A DNA stretch of 64,000 bases from a virus (taxonomy: Duplodnaviria; Caudoviricetes). The position numbers were made by a program, and so were the translations under genes. The notes under the pieces are model-generated. The model had not been told where the DNA came from, did not search any database, and was given only the letters and a program-made list of their open reading frames with translations. The stretch spans positions 103,821 through 167,820 of the IMG/VR virus record IMGVR_UViG_3300027891_000004; one strand, given 5' to 3'. Below, piece by piece: positions 37,700 to 47,578 of this stretch. Every line of letters begins with the position of its first letter. The first letter of the stretch is position 1.

Positions 37700-39616
37700 T
37701 TATTTCTCCCAACTGCGAGGTTCCTTATGCCACCAGCTTAAACCGGCGGGTGCCACCTCTACCTCGGCGTCGAGCGGGACAAGCCATTTCCAAGCATTGG
37801 GCAACCGTCGGGTCATAATACCATACGTTGTCTGCAAAACATCCTCCAACTCATTCCCCGCCACGTCAATCACAATCGAGTCATGGATTTGCCCGATAAT
37901 TAAAGAGGACATTTTTCTTTTATTCAAATCATCGTGCAGCTTGGCCATAGACCAAAGCAAGCAATGGGACGCCGCACCCTGCGCACCGAAATTTGAGATT
38001 GCATTTTTATCTAAGATACCGGCACACCGGAACCCGCTAGGCAAGTCTACGTACCCGTTCCGTTTGTATTTTTTGAAATTTGATTCTTTCCAATCGGCGT
38101 ATACCTTAAATTTTTCGCCCCAAAACCATTGTTCCGTCTTTTTGATATGATGAAAATATGTACCCGGCTGCGGATCGGCGGCGTTGCCCAACCGTGCAAT
38201 CCCTTTCTGGGCGAGATGTTCCAAAAGCAGCGTCCCGTCTTTCAACGTGAGCGGCCGCCCGCCCATGCCCCACACAATTTGATCCCATAGTTCATAGGCA
38301 ATCGACTTCCAATACGAGCCGTAAAAAGCGGCGAACGTATACGGTCCTTTAACGGACGTTCGCAATTGTTTGGTAATCTCCGACTCAGGCAATATGTAGG
38401 CCATCGCCGCCACCGATTTGTGGAAATCCAGCCCCTCGTTAATCGACGCGATCAACGTCGGGTCCCGATTGATCGCTGCGGTTGTCCGTACCTCGACGCC
38501 GGAGAAATCGATCTCAACAAAATGCCGGTCGGGGGCACGCGGTATAAAACACTGCCGGATAATTTTCGCCATCTCCGGGTTACGGGTCGGCATGTTTTGA
38601 AAATTCGGTTGCGAACAATTATGCACGCAAATCCCGTTAGCAATAAAGTTATGACAACCCTCTACTTCGAGATCGTATACATCAACGGTATCCGGCAGGA
38701 ATTCAACGAGTTCAATCCGGCGACAACCTGCGATCATGCGCCACTTTCCGGAATCAACCGACAGCGCGCAACTGTTCCGCAGGCTGTTCGGCGTAAACTG
38801 TCTCCTTTTATAGGCGGCAGTTAAATATGCTTCCACGTATTCGCCGTCGGCCATCCTAATCTTGTGCTCCGGGGTACAATCAAGCACCCGTTTCTGACCG
38901 TTAGCGTCCGTGTGGTGCAAACGCACTACTTCTCTATGTCCTGTTTTCCAGGCATTCAAAACTTTTTTCAGACGCACATTAAATTCATCATCTATACAGT
39001 AAACGTAATCGCCGACACGAACTTCCTCCACGGGAATTTCTACGGGGGCTTTATCTTTGTCGCGGGATACCAAAATCAGCATCCCTTTGGCAATACAGCT
39101 GGTCCGGTAGGAAATTACGGTAAAGAGCGAAAAATTCGGGTGGATCAGCGCGTTGCTATCCATACCTCTTTTTATGCCCCGAAGGTACGTACCGAGCACT
39201 TTATTAAGCCGCTGTAGGCGAGCATAATCACGACCGAACTCTTCCAGCCCTTCGATTCGCTCAACCACGTCTTCCGAAGTTTCGGGATTGCCGCCCTTCG
39301 TCCAATGTGTGCAGTCAAAACCCATATTAAGCCGATGCGCATTTCGGACATTCTTAAAAAGGACAGTACCGCATTGGTCACGCGAAAGAAGATTCGCTCC
39401 GGCCCCGAATATACGGAACCAGCGGTCCCATATTTCGGTTTCTTTTATCTTGCGTTCGACCTCGGCTATCTGCTGCTGCGCATCGGCAATCGCCTGGTCG
39501 AGGTACGGCACGTCTATCTTTATCCCGTTGGCTTCAACGTGCGACAATACGCGCTGCACCTCCGTAAACAAACGGACCGCTTTCTTAACGCCGGGCTGCT
39601 GCTCTCTTTGAAACAT
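37700..39616 (-). CDS. polA: DNA polymerase A, polymerase domain only, with mini-intein
   Basis: NGIKID, R.S..PNFQN.P, DFSGVEVR (A), R..K...F...YG (B), QIHDS (C). Confidence 0.9.
   Translation of the reverse strand: MFQREQQPGVKKAVRLFTEVQRVLSHVEANGIKIDVPYLDQAIADAQQQIAEVERKIKETEIWDRWFRIFGAGANLLSRDQCGTVLFKNVRNAHRLNMGFDCTHWTKGGNPETSEDVVERIEGLEEFGRDYARLQRLNKVLGTYLRGIKRGMDSNALIHPNFSLFTVISYRTSCIAKGMLILVSRDKDKAPVEIPVEEVRVGDYVYCIDDEFNVRLKKVLNAWKTGHREVVRLHHTDANGQKRVLDCTPEHKIRMADGEYVEAYLTAAYKRRQFTPNSLRNSCALSVDSGKWRMIAGCRRIELVEFLPDTVDVYDLEVEGCHNFIANGICVHNCSQPNFQNMPTRNPEMAKIIRQCFIPRAPDRHFVEIDFSGVEVRTTAAINRDPTLIASINEGLDFHKSVAAMAYILPESEITKQLRTSVKGPYTFAAFYGSYWKSIAYELWDQIVWGMGGRPLTLKDGTLLLEHLAQKGIARLGNAADPQPGTYFHHIKKTEQWFWGEKFKVYADWKESNFKKYKRNGYVDLPSGFRCAGILDKNAISNFGAQGAASHCLLWSMAKLHDDLNKRKMSSLIIGQIHDSIVIDVAGNELEDVLQTTYGIMTRRLPNAWKWLVPLDAEVEVAPAGLSWWHKEPRSWEK
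38618..39097 (-). mobile_element. Class 1 mini-intein in Pol A
   Basis: CIAKG...CTPEH...VYDLEV...VHN/C. Confidence 0.9.
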
Positions 39617-39631
39617 GGTTACTGTTGTTGA

Positions 39632-39859
39632 TTATGTTTCTTTACCGGCGAACAAAAAATAGTCATCGCCCAGTTTATGGACGACGACATCGCCACGAGC
39701 AACTCCGGTCGCGCCGTCTTCGTAGCCACTGGCATACCCTTTCTTAAACATAAGAAAGTCTCGGAACCGGGTATCACAAATACTTTCGATAGCGGCGACC
39801 AAACCGGCGCGCAGAGCGACATCTAACGGAACCGTTCCTTTTGTTATACTTATTTGCAT
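39632..39859 (-). CDS. Small hypothetical protein
   Basis: ORF upstream of polA. Confidence 0.45.
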   Translation of the reverse strand: MQISITKGTVPLDVALRAGLVAAIESICDTRFRDFLMFKKGYASGYEDGATGVARGDVVVHKLGDDYFLFAGKET

Positions 39860-40126
39860 AATGTCTGTGTGAAGTGAAGGGAAGCCATCGTTGTCATATT
39901 ATGCCACAAAATGAAAGAAATTCAAACTTCCGAAATATAATTTTGCGGTTGTCGAAGTATAGCACGCATAGTTACGAAACAAGAAAACAAGCATTCCATT
40001 TTACAGGAAAACAACGTTTTTCATAGTGTGTATACCTATGAAAATTATAGATTTTTGGTATACTATGTGTTTTTGGCATACCACGCGAAATAGCAACTAC
40101 ACCTTTCACAACAAATACAGAAAGCT

Positions 40127-40483
40127 ATGGAAAACCAATACGACAAATGCGAAAACTGCCAAACCGTAAACGACCTGAAACATACAATAAACGGCCTCCA
40201 CCATAAATTAGCCTCCTATATGAAACAATACGAGGAAGAGATTGACGGTCTCCAAGAGGAAATCGCCGACCTCCAAATTGAAATCGCGAATTTAGAGGAA
40301 ACCGCCGACTACAGACGCGACGGGATCGCCGAACAGGAAAAGCGGATCAAACGGCTTGAATGGATGCTGGGCCATTACTACGAGCGTTACTGCGCGTCGC
40401 AGGAAGAGAAGCTAAATGAGACAATGAAAGACTTAAAAAAAAACATTATCCGAACACGAAACATAATACTGGCCATTTGTTAA
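40127..40483 (+). CDS. Coiled-coil hypothetical protein
   Basis: CENC followed by heptads; downstream of an AT-rich divergent region. Confidence 0.55.
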   Translation: MENQYDKCENCQTVNDLKHTINGLHHKLASYMKQYEEEIDGLQEEIADLQIEIANLEETADYRRDGIAEQEKRIKRLEWMLGHYYERYCASQEEKLNETMKDLKKNIIRTRNIILAIC

Positions 40484-40516
40484 AACCGTTCTGAAAAACC
40501 TAAAAGGATAAAAACC

Positions 40517-40906
40517 ATGCGGGCAGACATCAGCGCATTTGAAAATCTACAGCGCAACGCAAACGCGGCAATGGGCCACGCCAAAGCAGCATTCGATGAA
40601 ACGGCAGTGAACAATGTGCGTTTTGTAGAAATGCACGAAACTTCTTTGGAACAAATATCCCAAAGAGACCAATTGGAAGCAAAAGTAGAGAAAATCGAAA
40701 AATGGTTTTTAGACAAAGTAAAAGAACATGAAGCGGACATGAAAAAGAATGCAATTAAAATTGCCAAGTACCAGCAAGCTATCGCTACAGTTAAGGAATA
40801 TCTCAAACAAGAAAAAATAACAGAGGGAGCAAAATACCGGCAGATAAAAGAGATATTGTGGGATTTAGGGATTGCGACCAGTTCTGACGTAGATGGCTGG
40901 GATTAG
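40517..40906 (+). CDS. Leader-bearing coiled-coil protein
   Basis: AGGA RBS; MRADISAFENLQRNA...AAFDETAVNN. Confidence 0.75.
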   Translation: MRADISAFENLQRNANAAMGHAKAAFDETAVNNVRFVEMHETSLEQISQRDQLEAKVEKIEKWFLDKVKEHEADMKKNAIKIAKYQQAIATVKEYLKQEKITEGAKYRQIKEILWDLGIATSSDVDGWD

Positions 40907-40907
40907 C

Positions 40908-41201
40908 CTACCGAACAATCGAAAAAGTGCCGTCCTCTTCTTCATAAATGTCGCAAGGAATCCATTCAAGATACTGAAACATTAAGGATAAACCGCTGTC
41001 ACGGGGCCGTAGCCACAAGTCAATGTTACTGCCTTTCACGCGACAGCTATGCTCTAATCGATTCGCCAAAAAGCCGTCAAGTCGGGACAAGCCGCCAAGA
41101 AAATGACGTAAAGAGTCAAAATGGTCTTGTTCACTCCAAGTGAGACATTCCAAAATCCCGCTGTCTTCAATATCTTGTTTCAATTGTATGCCTTTGTCCA
41201 T
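40908..41201 (-). CDS. Hypothetical protein convergent with the leader gene
   Basis: Start moved to MDKGIQ after GAGG. Confidence 0.5.
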   Translation of the reverse strand: MDKGIQLKQDIEDSGILECLTWSEQDHFDSLRHFLGGLSRLDGFLANRLEHSCRVKGSNIDLWLRPRDSGLSLMFQYLEWIPCDIYEEEDGTFSIVR

Positions 41202-41359
41202 CTGCTCGCCTCTCTTTTTGTAGCGCTCCGAGGAAATCAATAGCAGTTAGCCGATATGATCAGACCGGCGAGTCACTTGATTCGATTGTTCTTAACGTAT
41301 AAATTTAGCACTTGGCCATTATACTAAGCGAACTAAGACACAGTAGCATACGACTAGGA

Positions 41360-41722
41360 TTACTTTGATTCAAGGCGTGACCACTTTTTATTGAACCCTT
41401 CCACTTCGCCGCTAAATATCATATCAAGTTCTGCTTTCAATTCTTCGTTACTTTTCACATCTTCTCCGTGCCGTTCGTCCCTGCCTTCATTTAAATTGTT
41501 AAGCCTGCTCTGCGCTGTTTCCAACCGTTTTATATTCTGTAGAACTGACGCTATTTTTTTCGGCAAATACTCCAACCCCATTTTCACGGCTGGCATATTA
41601 CAAATTTCACTTTGTTCGTGGATAAGTTCTAAAAATGAAACTAAACGTCTAATATCACCGGGAATATCTTGGTAGGATTGGATTTCTTTCTGCAGCCGCT
41701 TCCTTTTTTCTTCATTGGCCAT
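41360..41722 (-). CDS. Hypothetical protein
   Basis: Start moved to MANEEK after AGGA. Confidence 0.55.
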   Translation of the reverse strand: MANEEKRKRLQKEIQSYQDIPGDIRRLVSFLELIHEQSEICNMPAVKMGLEYLPKKIASVLQNIKRLETAQSRLNNLNEGRDERHGEDVKSNEELKAELDMIFSGEVEGFNKKWSRLESK

Positions 41723-41752
41723 CGAACCTATCCTTTTGAAAAAACGCAAAAG

Positions 41753-41768
41753 CCCGCCACGTGGCGGG
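41753..41768. repeat. 16-bp palindrome, perfect
   Basis: CCCGCCACGTGGCGGG, intergenic. Confidence 0.9.
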
Positions 41769-41832
41769 ATCGCCCACCCAAACGCAAACAACGATGCTTA
41801 CAATATGCCAAAAAAGAAGTAAAAATCAAGCA

Positions 41833-42645
41833 TCACATGGAAATTTCGCAGTCGTCCGCAGCGTCGTTCACAGACGCGCGGACCCCGACCACCCAGAAAA
41901 GATCACCGGGTCGGACAAACGGGGCGCATTTCGCCTCATAATGCGGGTCAAGCCGCACGCCGTGGAACGCCGCGTCCGAAATAGGCGCATGGTAGTCCGT
42001 ACCCGACCGCACAATCGTAGCCATTTGTCTCCACCCGTAGGGCGCGTACGTCGTCAGCCGCCGGACGGGATCGGCACCGACCCGAACCGCAATGACCGGG
42101 ATACGCAAGCTCGCGTTTTTCAGACCCCAAAGAATCCCGGCAAGCGACATACCGCTCCCGCACGGGACGATAATACGTTTCACGCCATCTGGAATATTCG
42201 CAACCTGCCTGCTCGTCTGGCGGACCGCTTCCGCGCATTCCATGCCGAACGGGATATTCTCCCAACCGCGTGCCCTCGCGTCCTTCCGGGCGTGTGCGAT
42301 TATCACGTTGTTATACCCGGCCTTATGCTGTACAATTTCCGCACCCGCCAGCTTCGCACGCGATACTTCGGGGCCGAGATCACCCGTCGGCGTATGGCAC
42401 CGGACGGGGACACCAAAATAGCGGGCCACATGCGCGACGATATTGACCTGCGGCGAAGAAAGGCTCCCGGCGGTAACAAGGCCGTTACGCCCGCGTTCAA
42501 TCCCCGCGTGGGCCAACGCAACAGCCGTCCGCACCTTCCCGCCGCAAACGCCCGCGAGTTCAAACAGATCGTCTCGTTTGATCCATATATTATCGGATTC
42601 ATGGTATTCGACAGGCGTAACGGCGTTCAAAAGATCGGCAATCAT
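41833..42645 (-). CDS. PLP-dependent fold-type II enzyme (ACC deaminase/D-cysteine desulfhydrase-like)
   Basis: TPVE...WIKRDDL...GGKVR, VPCGSGMSLAG, LDPHYEAK. Confidence 0.8.
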   Translation of the reverse strand: MIADLLNAVTPVEYHESDNIWIKRDDLFELAGVCGGKVRTAVALAHAGIERGRNGLVTAGSLSSPQVNIVAHVARYFGVPVRCHTPTGDLGPEVSRAKLAGAEIVQHKAGYNNVIIAHARKDARARGWENIPFGMECAEAVRQTSRQVANIPDGVKRIIVPCGSGMSLAGILWGLKNASLRIPVIAVRVGADPVRRLTTYAPYGWRQMATIVRSGTDYHAPISDAAFHGVRLDPHYEAKCAPFVRPGDLFWVVGVRASVNDAADDCEISM

Positions 42646-44105
42646 TTCTTCATCCGTTCCAACTGCGCCCGCAGTACGGACGACATCAGGTCAAAATTTC
42701 CGGTATCGACCGCTTCGGTCTTCCCTTCGATCACCGAGTTAAAAGTCTGTTGTTTTTTGAACAGTTTGTTGCACACGATATCTTCTATGGTATCACGCGC
42801 AATTACATAATTGAAATGAACAAAGTTAGACGTACCTATTCTGTAATTGCGCTTTTCGGCCTGTAGATGATTCGCGGGCACAAAATCCACCTCAGCGAAC
42901 AAGCTATGATGCGACGCGGTAAGCGTCAGCCCGGTCCCCGCCGCCACTATCTGGCCGAGGAACAACCGAGTACCCTTAACATTCTGGAAACAATGGACCG
43001 CCGCTTGCCGCTGGCCGGACGATACCTCTCCGTCGATACGAACAATATACGGCTGTTTACCGTTCTTCTTCGCGTACCGGTCCCAAATTGCGTCAAGTAT
43101 CTTACGGTGGATACCAAAAATTATCAATTTTCCGTCGTTCCCGGATAGAAAAGTATCGATCTGTTCAATAACGGCGGGTATTTTCCATTCGGCGACCTGC
43201 CGCTTCATGTACCCAACATGGACCATCGCCTGCACCATACCGGATCGCGGCACTTTGCGGTCCGGGTACCGTTCCGTAAGCCAATCCTCAAACTCCTGTT
43301 CCAACCGCGTGTATTCACGACGTTGCTTCGGTTCCAGATCGATCAGCGTCGTCTGCCGGGCGAACGGGGGCAGGTCGGGCAAACACTCGACCACGGTTTT
43401 ACGTATCATGCACCTATTATTCAAGAAGGCGTTAAGTTCCTCCATGTTTTTCGCCCCGTCGTACTTGCGCACCTTTACCTTATTCCAATGCCTGCCCCGC
43501 TTGATAGGCACTTCGATTGTATGGGACCTTGTGTACCGTTCCTCAAACACATCTTTTTTGCAAAAGTGGGCCCCGAAGATCATATTAAGCGTCGTATACA
43601 ACTCCATAGGGTTCCCGTTCGTCATCGGCGTCCCGGTCAACGCAAGGAACCGATCCGCTTCATAGGCGAGCGTAGCGCACGCGCGGGTTCGCTTCGCGTC
43701 TATCGTCTTCACATAGTGCGATTCGTCAAAGATTACAAGCGAAGGACGTATCAGCAGAAGCGATGGAAGCCACGCCTCCAAAACATCATAATTTATGATA
43801 AACACGCGCTGCCCTACCGTAGGCAACGGTTCGCATTTACTGGGTTCCCGGCCTGAAAGAATCCTTGTCTTCTTCCCGTAATGCACCGCAAATTCGGAGG
43901 CCCAATTAAACTTGAGCGACGCCGGGCATACGACAACAACCGGAAACGATCCGGATTCAAACGCATAGCACATACTTACCAGCGTTTTCCCCAAACCCAT
44001 TTCCATCGCAAGTAGGCAACGCCCGTTAAACTCCTTGATCCGCTCCACGGCGTCCCGTTGAAACGGGTACAACGACGTCTTCAAAATATGCTTTTCTTCA
44101 TCCAT
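42642..44105 (-). CDS. SNF2/HARP-family helicase
   Basis: EMGLGKT, VCPASL, DESH, LTGTP, GLTLT, QAEKR..RIG. Confidence 0.9.
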   Translation of the reverse strand: MDEEKHILKTSLYPFQRDAVERIKEFNGRCLLAMEMGLGKTLVSMCYAFESGSFPVVVVCPASLKFNWASEFAVHYGKKTRILSGREPSKCEPLPTVGQRVFIINYDVLEAWLPSLLLIRPSLVIFDESHYVKTIDAKRTRACATLAYEADRFLALTGTPMTNGNPMELYTTLNMIFGAHFCKKDVFEERYTRSHTIEVPIKRGRHWNKVKVRKYDGAKNMEELNAFLNNRCMIRKTVVECLPDLPPFARQTTLIDLEPKQRREYTRLEQEFEDWLTERYPDRKVPRSGMVQAMVHVGYMKRQVAEWKIPAVIEQIDTFLSGNDGKLIIFGIHRKILDAIWDRYAKKNGKQPYIVRIDGEVSSGQRQAAVHCFQNVKGTRLFLGQIVAAGTGLTLTASHHSLFAEVDFVPANHLQAEKRNYRIGTSNFVHFNYVIARDTIEDIVCNKLFKKQQTFNSVIEGKTEAVDTGNFDLMSSVLRAQLERMKK

Positions 44106-44114
44106 TACAAAAAA

Positions 44115-44300
44115 CTAATCCGAAAATATTTCAAAAGAAACGCGGCCCGCATCGTAAACGCGGCGAAAACCCAAGTAGGCCATCATCTCAAAACAATTCC
44201 AACCAGCGCACACTGCAGGCAGGTATGCACCAAAACGTTCCAGTATCAAAGACTTTGAAAACAAAAACCTATCCCAAGTTCGACAGTCAATCCTATTTGA
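44115..44300 (-). pseudogene. C-terminal remnant of a Hef-like homing endonuclease
   Basis: Translates RTWDRFLFSKS...EMMAYLGFRRVYDAG; no upstream start in frame. Confidence 0.4.
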
Positions 44301-44416
44301 TCCTCATTTTTCCGGGGTTGGCGTTTAAAAATCTTGACTACATCGGCTTTTAAAATTATTTTTGAATTGTCGGGGCAGTTTCAAGCCCAGGTATTCTATC
44401 GCAAGGTTATGCCGCG

Positions 44417-47400
44417 TCAAAACAGTGCGCCCGCCTTTCTTACGCCCGCCTTCGACAACAGATTAAACGCTCCGACCGCAGAGTCAACCTGATCCTTCAA
44501 CTTCCCCTGCGGAAATTGGGCCAGCTCGCTTATAAAATCGGTATTCCAGGCCCCGTGTGTCATAAACACGTTCCCGTGTTCCACCTGGATCGCCATAGGT
44601 TCCGCGCGTGCCTCTTTCGATTGCGACGCGCGGTCCGCGTGGACCATGAACCCGGCCAGGTTCCGGATCGTATACTGTGCCGATTCGATACCTCCCGAAT
44701 TATGGACAACGAAATCGTTTGCCAAAAAACTAGCACCCTCCACCACGGTCAGACACCGGCAGGGCAGGTCGCCCGCGTCATCGATCCGAACAATCCGGTC
44801 TGGGAACATATTGCGGCTCCTCGTTTCCGGAAACAGACGTCGGTACAATATGCCGCCTTCTACCAATTTTTCAACGGCGGCCCAGCCGTCAGTAGTAAGG
44901 AATGGGTGGTCCAACGCGGCGTGTACGACGCGTCCGCTTTTCAACGCAATCTTCCGGCACTCGCGGGTGCCCTGTACATGCGTTTCAACGACCTGTGTCG
45001 CGTTGCCGCTGGCGTTTATGACCCAATCGCCATCGCAAACGTCCTTCAATTTCTTACGGGTCCCGCCAGCCATACGAACCTGTTCTTCTTCCCAAACGGG
45101 TCCCGGCTCAATTTCGATACCGACAAGCGTGGCTGGGCCGTCCGACTTCGCAATGTTGAGTATCATCCGCTCGCGGGTCGCGGCGTCCCATTGACCACGC
45201 TGCACGTCCAAAATTACGAACCGCCCTGACGCCGTTTTGCCCATGAGCGTACCGGCGGTAAAAGCCGCGTTGACCTTTGTGCTAATTGCCTTATCCCAAT
45301 ACCGCACCTTATTGACAACAGGATCAAGCGGGTCTATTGACTGCACCTGTATATTCTGCACCTTAAACATAAGCCCTTCGGAGGGCATCGGCTCCTGCTG
45401 GTACTGGGCCGAAAAATCCGACGCGGACATCCGCTTCCGGATACCTTCCAATGTATGTCTAGGCAACCGAATCGGATCAAGAAGCCCGTCCATATAATAC
45501 CTTCGCAAACCGGGCGGATTCACGGGCGAATTATCATCCAAACTAGCGGGGAGCCGAATGTGTAGGATTTCATTGCCCGCCGATTTCTCAAGCCATTCGC
45601 CGGTCGGATCGCTCTCCGACAATCGCTGCATAATCAAGATAAGCGGCGTAACATCCGCCTTGACGGTACGCGAGCGGATAACGCGGTTCATCCACATATT
45701 GATATTCGCAATCTGAAAATCCTTATCGGCGGCCATCGGTTCAATCGGGTCGTCTATAAGAATAAAATGCGCGTGCTGCCCAGTCGGGGATTGAGCGGTC
45801 GTATAGACCATTCGCTCACCCTTATATTGATTCATATAATGCGCCTTACGTTCGGGGAAGAATTTGAACCTTCCGAAACATTTTACAAACAACGGGGATT
45901 TCAATACCTGTCGGGATTGTAGGGCAAAAGACTGCGCTATATCAAGCGAGAAGGAGGCGGTGATGAACCGGCACTGCGGCATACGAGAATGGCACCAAGC
46001 AGGAAAAAGGACCGAGGCGAGTGATGAATTATGAACCAACGTATTATCCGAAAAATAATTCTGATTGTCATAATTTGCAGATTCTACACCTATATTGTAT
46101 ACCCTTTGCCTTCCGGCATCCGTTACATTTTTTACCTTATCCCATCGACAAGGACTAATGTACAATTCATGCAAAGCTGGTTCTAAAGGCAACAGTTTTT
46201 CTACCAACACCCTAGAAATTTTTCCCGAATTGGAAAAGGCCAACCGGATATCCCGTTTGCCTCCCTTCCGCAATACTTCCGTATGGTGCCTGTAGGTAAG
46301 CTGACTTTTTGAAAACGTAACAACGCCATTTTTTATTTTATCAAGCACCAACGACGTAGGGTAGTACCATCTTACGCTATGCCGTTGCTTTGATTTTTTT
46401 ATTTTTGATTGCTTGTGCAAACAATCAATATATTTAAACAACTCGCTGCATGTCTCTCTGTGGATACACAATTCCCAAGAATCAAACTTTTTTCGTTCAC
46501 CTGTTTTTTTATCTGGAATTGTATTGCGCTTGTAAACCACAGTTGACATAACGCCCATAGTGGCTAACAATCTTTTAATATCTTCAATAAGCCCTTTCGA
46601 TGATAGCCCTACGTATAGCGTACTGTATGCTCTATTTACCCAGCCATCAGTGGCTGCCATCAATCCAACAAAACGACACTTTTGTTCAAACGGCATGGTA
46701 TAAAACTTCTGCGGCAACCGTTTATGCTTCGCTAAACAATCATATAGGCCATAATCAATCAAAAGTTGGCTGGACTTCCCCGTCTTTTTAGTTACTTGTT
46801 TGACATTTTTATCCCATTCCTTACTATCTCGAATCGCAAACTGACCCTGCCTTGCCCCATTACAAACGGGAACTAAATAGATACCCAAATCAGAACAAGC
46901 CTTCTCCATTACGTTCACTACCTGTGGATCGAAATTAGTAAATTTCTTGCTGCGACCAGTTGTACTGCCTTCAAAGAGCATTAAAGTTATAAAATCCAAC
47001 TCTGCGTCGGGGATCCTATCATTTGTATCCACTTTTGCGCAAAGTGTCTGTACGAAATCCTCAGTGGTCAAATCTTCAGCGCACACCCATCCTCGCTGTG
47101 TCATAAAAGGATGATTCCCGGAGTATGTCCTAGAATTCCCTAAATCTGTATGTATCGTCACGCAATCGGCGTAATAAGAACCCTTGCTAATGATTTTTTG
47201 GCTACAAAGAACGCCCTCTTTAATAGAAATCACATCTTCGCCCAAATCCAACTGTTCTATAGGTACATACCCTTTTGGAGTAAAAACAGGGTTGCCTGCC
47301 ACCTCGCACTTCCCACTGCCAGGGGGAATGTTGATTACGAGATCGTGTTTCTTAGGCCGCCCTGCTTCGACATCCTCGAATAGTTCTTGTAACTTTTGGC

Positions 47401-47557
47401 AAATGTATTCGTGGTGCCAGTTCAATTGGAGTTTCTCGGTAGACGCGAGATGCCAAAATTCTTGAAAAAACCGGTAAAAAGATTGCTGGCATACACTTTT
47501 CAACAGTGCTATTTCCATAGCAGGGTTGAAAATCATATTGGGGCTAATTTCTTGCAT
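44417..47557 (-). CDS. terL: Terminase large subunit with two inteins
   Basis: NIPPGSGK/S, ILIDDP, IMQRL, YQQEP, RYWDKA, EPG/SGG, DQVDS. Confidence 0.95.
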   Translation of the reverse strand: MQEISPNMIFNPAMEIALLKSVCQQSFYRFFQEFWHLASTEKLQLNWHHEYICQKLQELFEDVEAGRPKKHDLVINIPPGSGKCEVAGNPVFTPKGYVPIEQLDLGEDVISIKEGVLCSQKIISKGSYYADCVTIHTDLGNSRTYSGNHPFMTQRGWVCAEDLTTEDFVQTLCAKVDTNDRIPDAELDFITLMLFEGSTTGRSKKFTNFDPQVVNVMEKACSDLGIYLVPVCNGARQGQFAIRDSKEWDKNVKQVTKKTGKSSQLLIDYGLYDCLAKHKRLPQKFYTMPFEQKCRFVGLMAATDGWVNRAYSTLYVGLSSKGLIEDIKRLLATMGVMSTVVYKRNTIPDKKTGERKKFDSWELCIHRETCSELFKYIDCLHKQSKIKKSKQRHSVRWYYPTSLVLDKIKNGVVTFSKSQLTYRHHTEVLRKGGKRDIRLAFSNSGKISRVLVEKLLPLEPALHELYISPCRWDKVKNVTDAGRQRVYNIGVESANYDNQNYFSDNTLVHNSSLASVLFPAWCHSRMPQCRFITASFSLDIAQSFALQSRQVLKSPLFVKCFGRFKFFPERKAHYMNQYKGERMVYTTAQSPTGQHAHFILIDDPIEPMAADKDFQIANINMWMNRVIRSRTVKADVTPLILIMQRLSESDPTGEWLEKSAGNEILHIRLPASLDDNSPVNPPGLRRYYMDGLLDPIRLPRHTLEGIRKRMSASDFSAQYQQEPMPSEGLMFKVQNIQVQSIDPLDPVVNKVRYWDKAISTKVNAAFTAGTLMGKTASGRFVILDVQRGQWDAATRERMILNIAKSDGPATLVGIEIEPGPVWEEEQVRMAGGTRKKLKDVCDGDWVINASGNATQVVETHVQGTRECRKIALKSGRVVHAALDHPFLTTDGWAAVEKLVEGGILYRRLFPETRSRNMFPDRIVRIDDAGDLPCRCLTVVEGASFLANDFVVHNSGGIESAQYTIRNLAGFMVHADRASQSKEARAEPMAIQVEHGNVFMTHGAWNTDFISELAQFPQGKLKDQVDSAVGAFNLLSKAGVRKAGALF
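44699..45100 (-). mobile_element. Atypical mini-intein starting with Pro in the TerL nuclease domain
   Basis: Removal restores EPG-SGG; DHPF, PCRCLTV, VHN/S. Confidence 0.8.
46028..47308 (-). mobile_element. LAGLIDADG intein in the TerL Walker A
   Basis: CEVAG...SGNHPF...MAATDG...VYNIGV...VHN/S. Confidence 0.9.
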
Positions 47558-47578
47558 AAGTTATCTCGCTATTTCAAA

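Noticed and set aside
25697-39616. Split-intein trans-splicing joining the two Pol A halves
   Set aside because: No intein N- or C-terminal blocks at the relevant ends.
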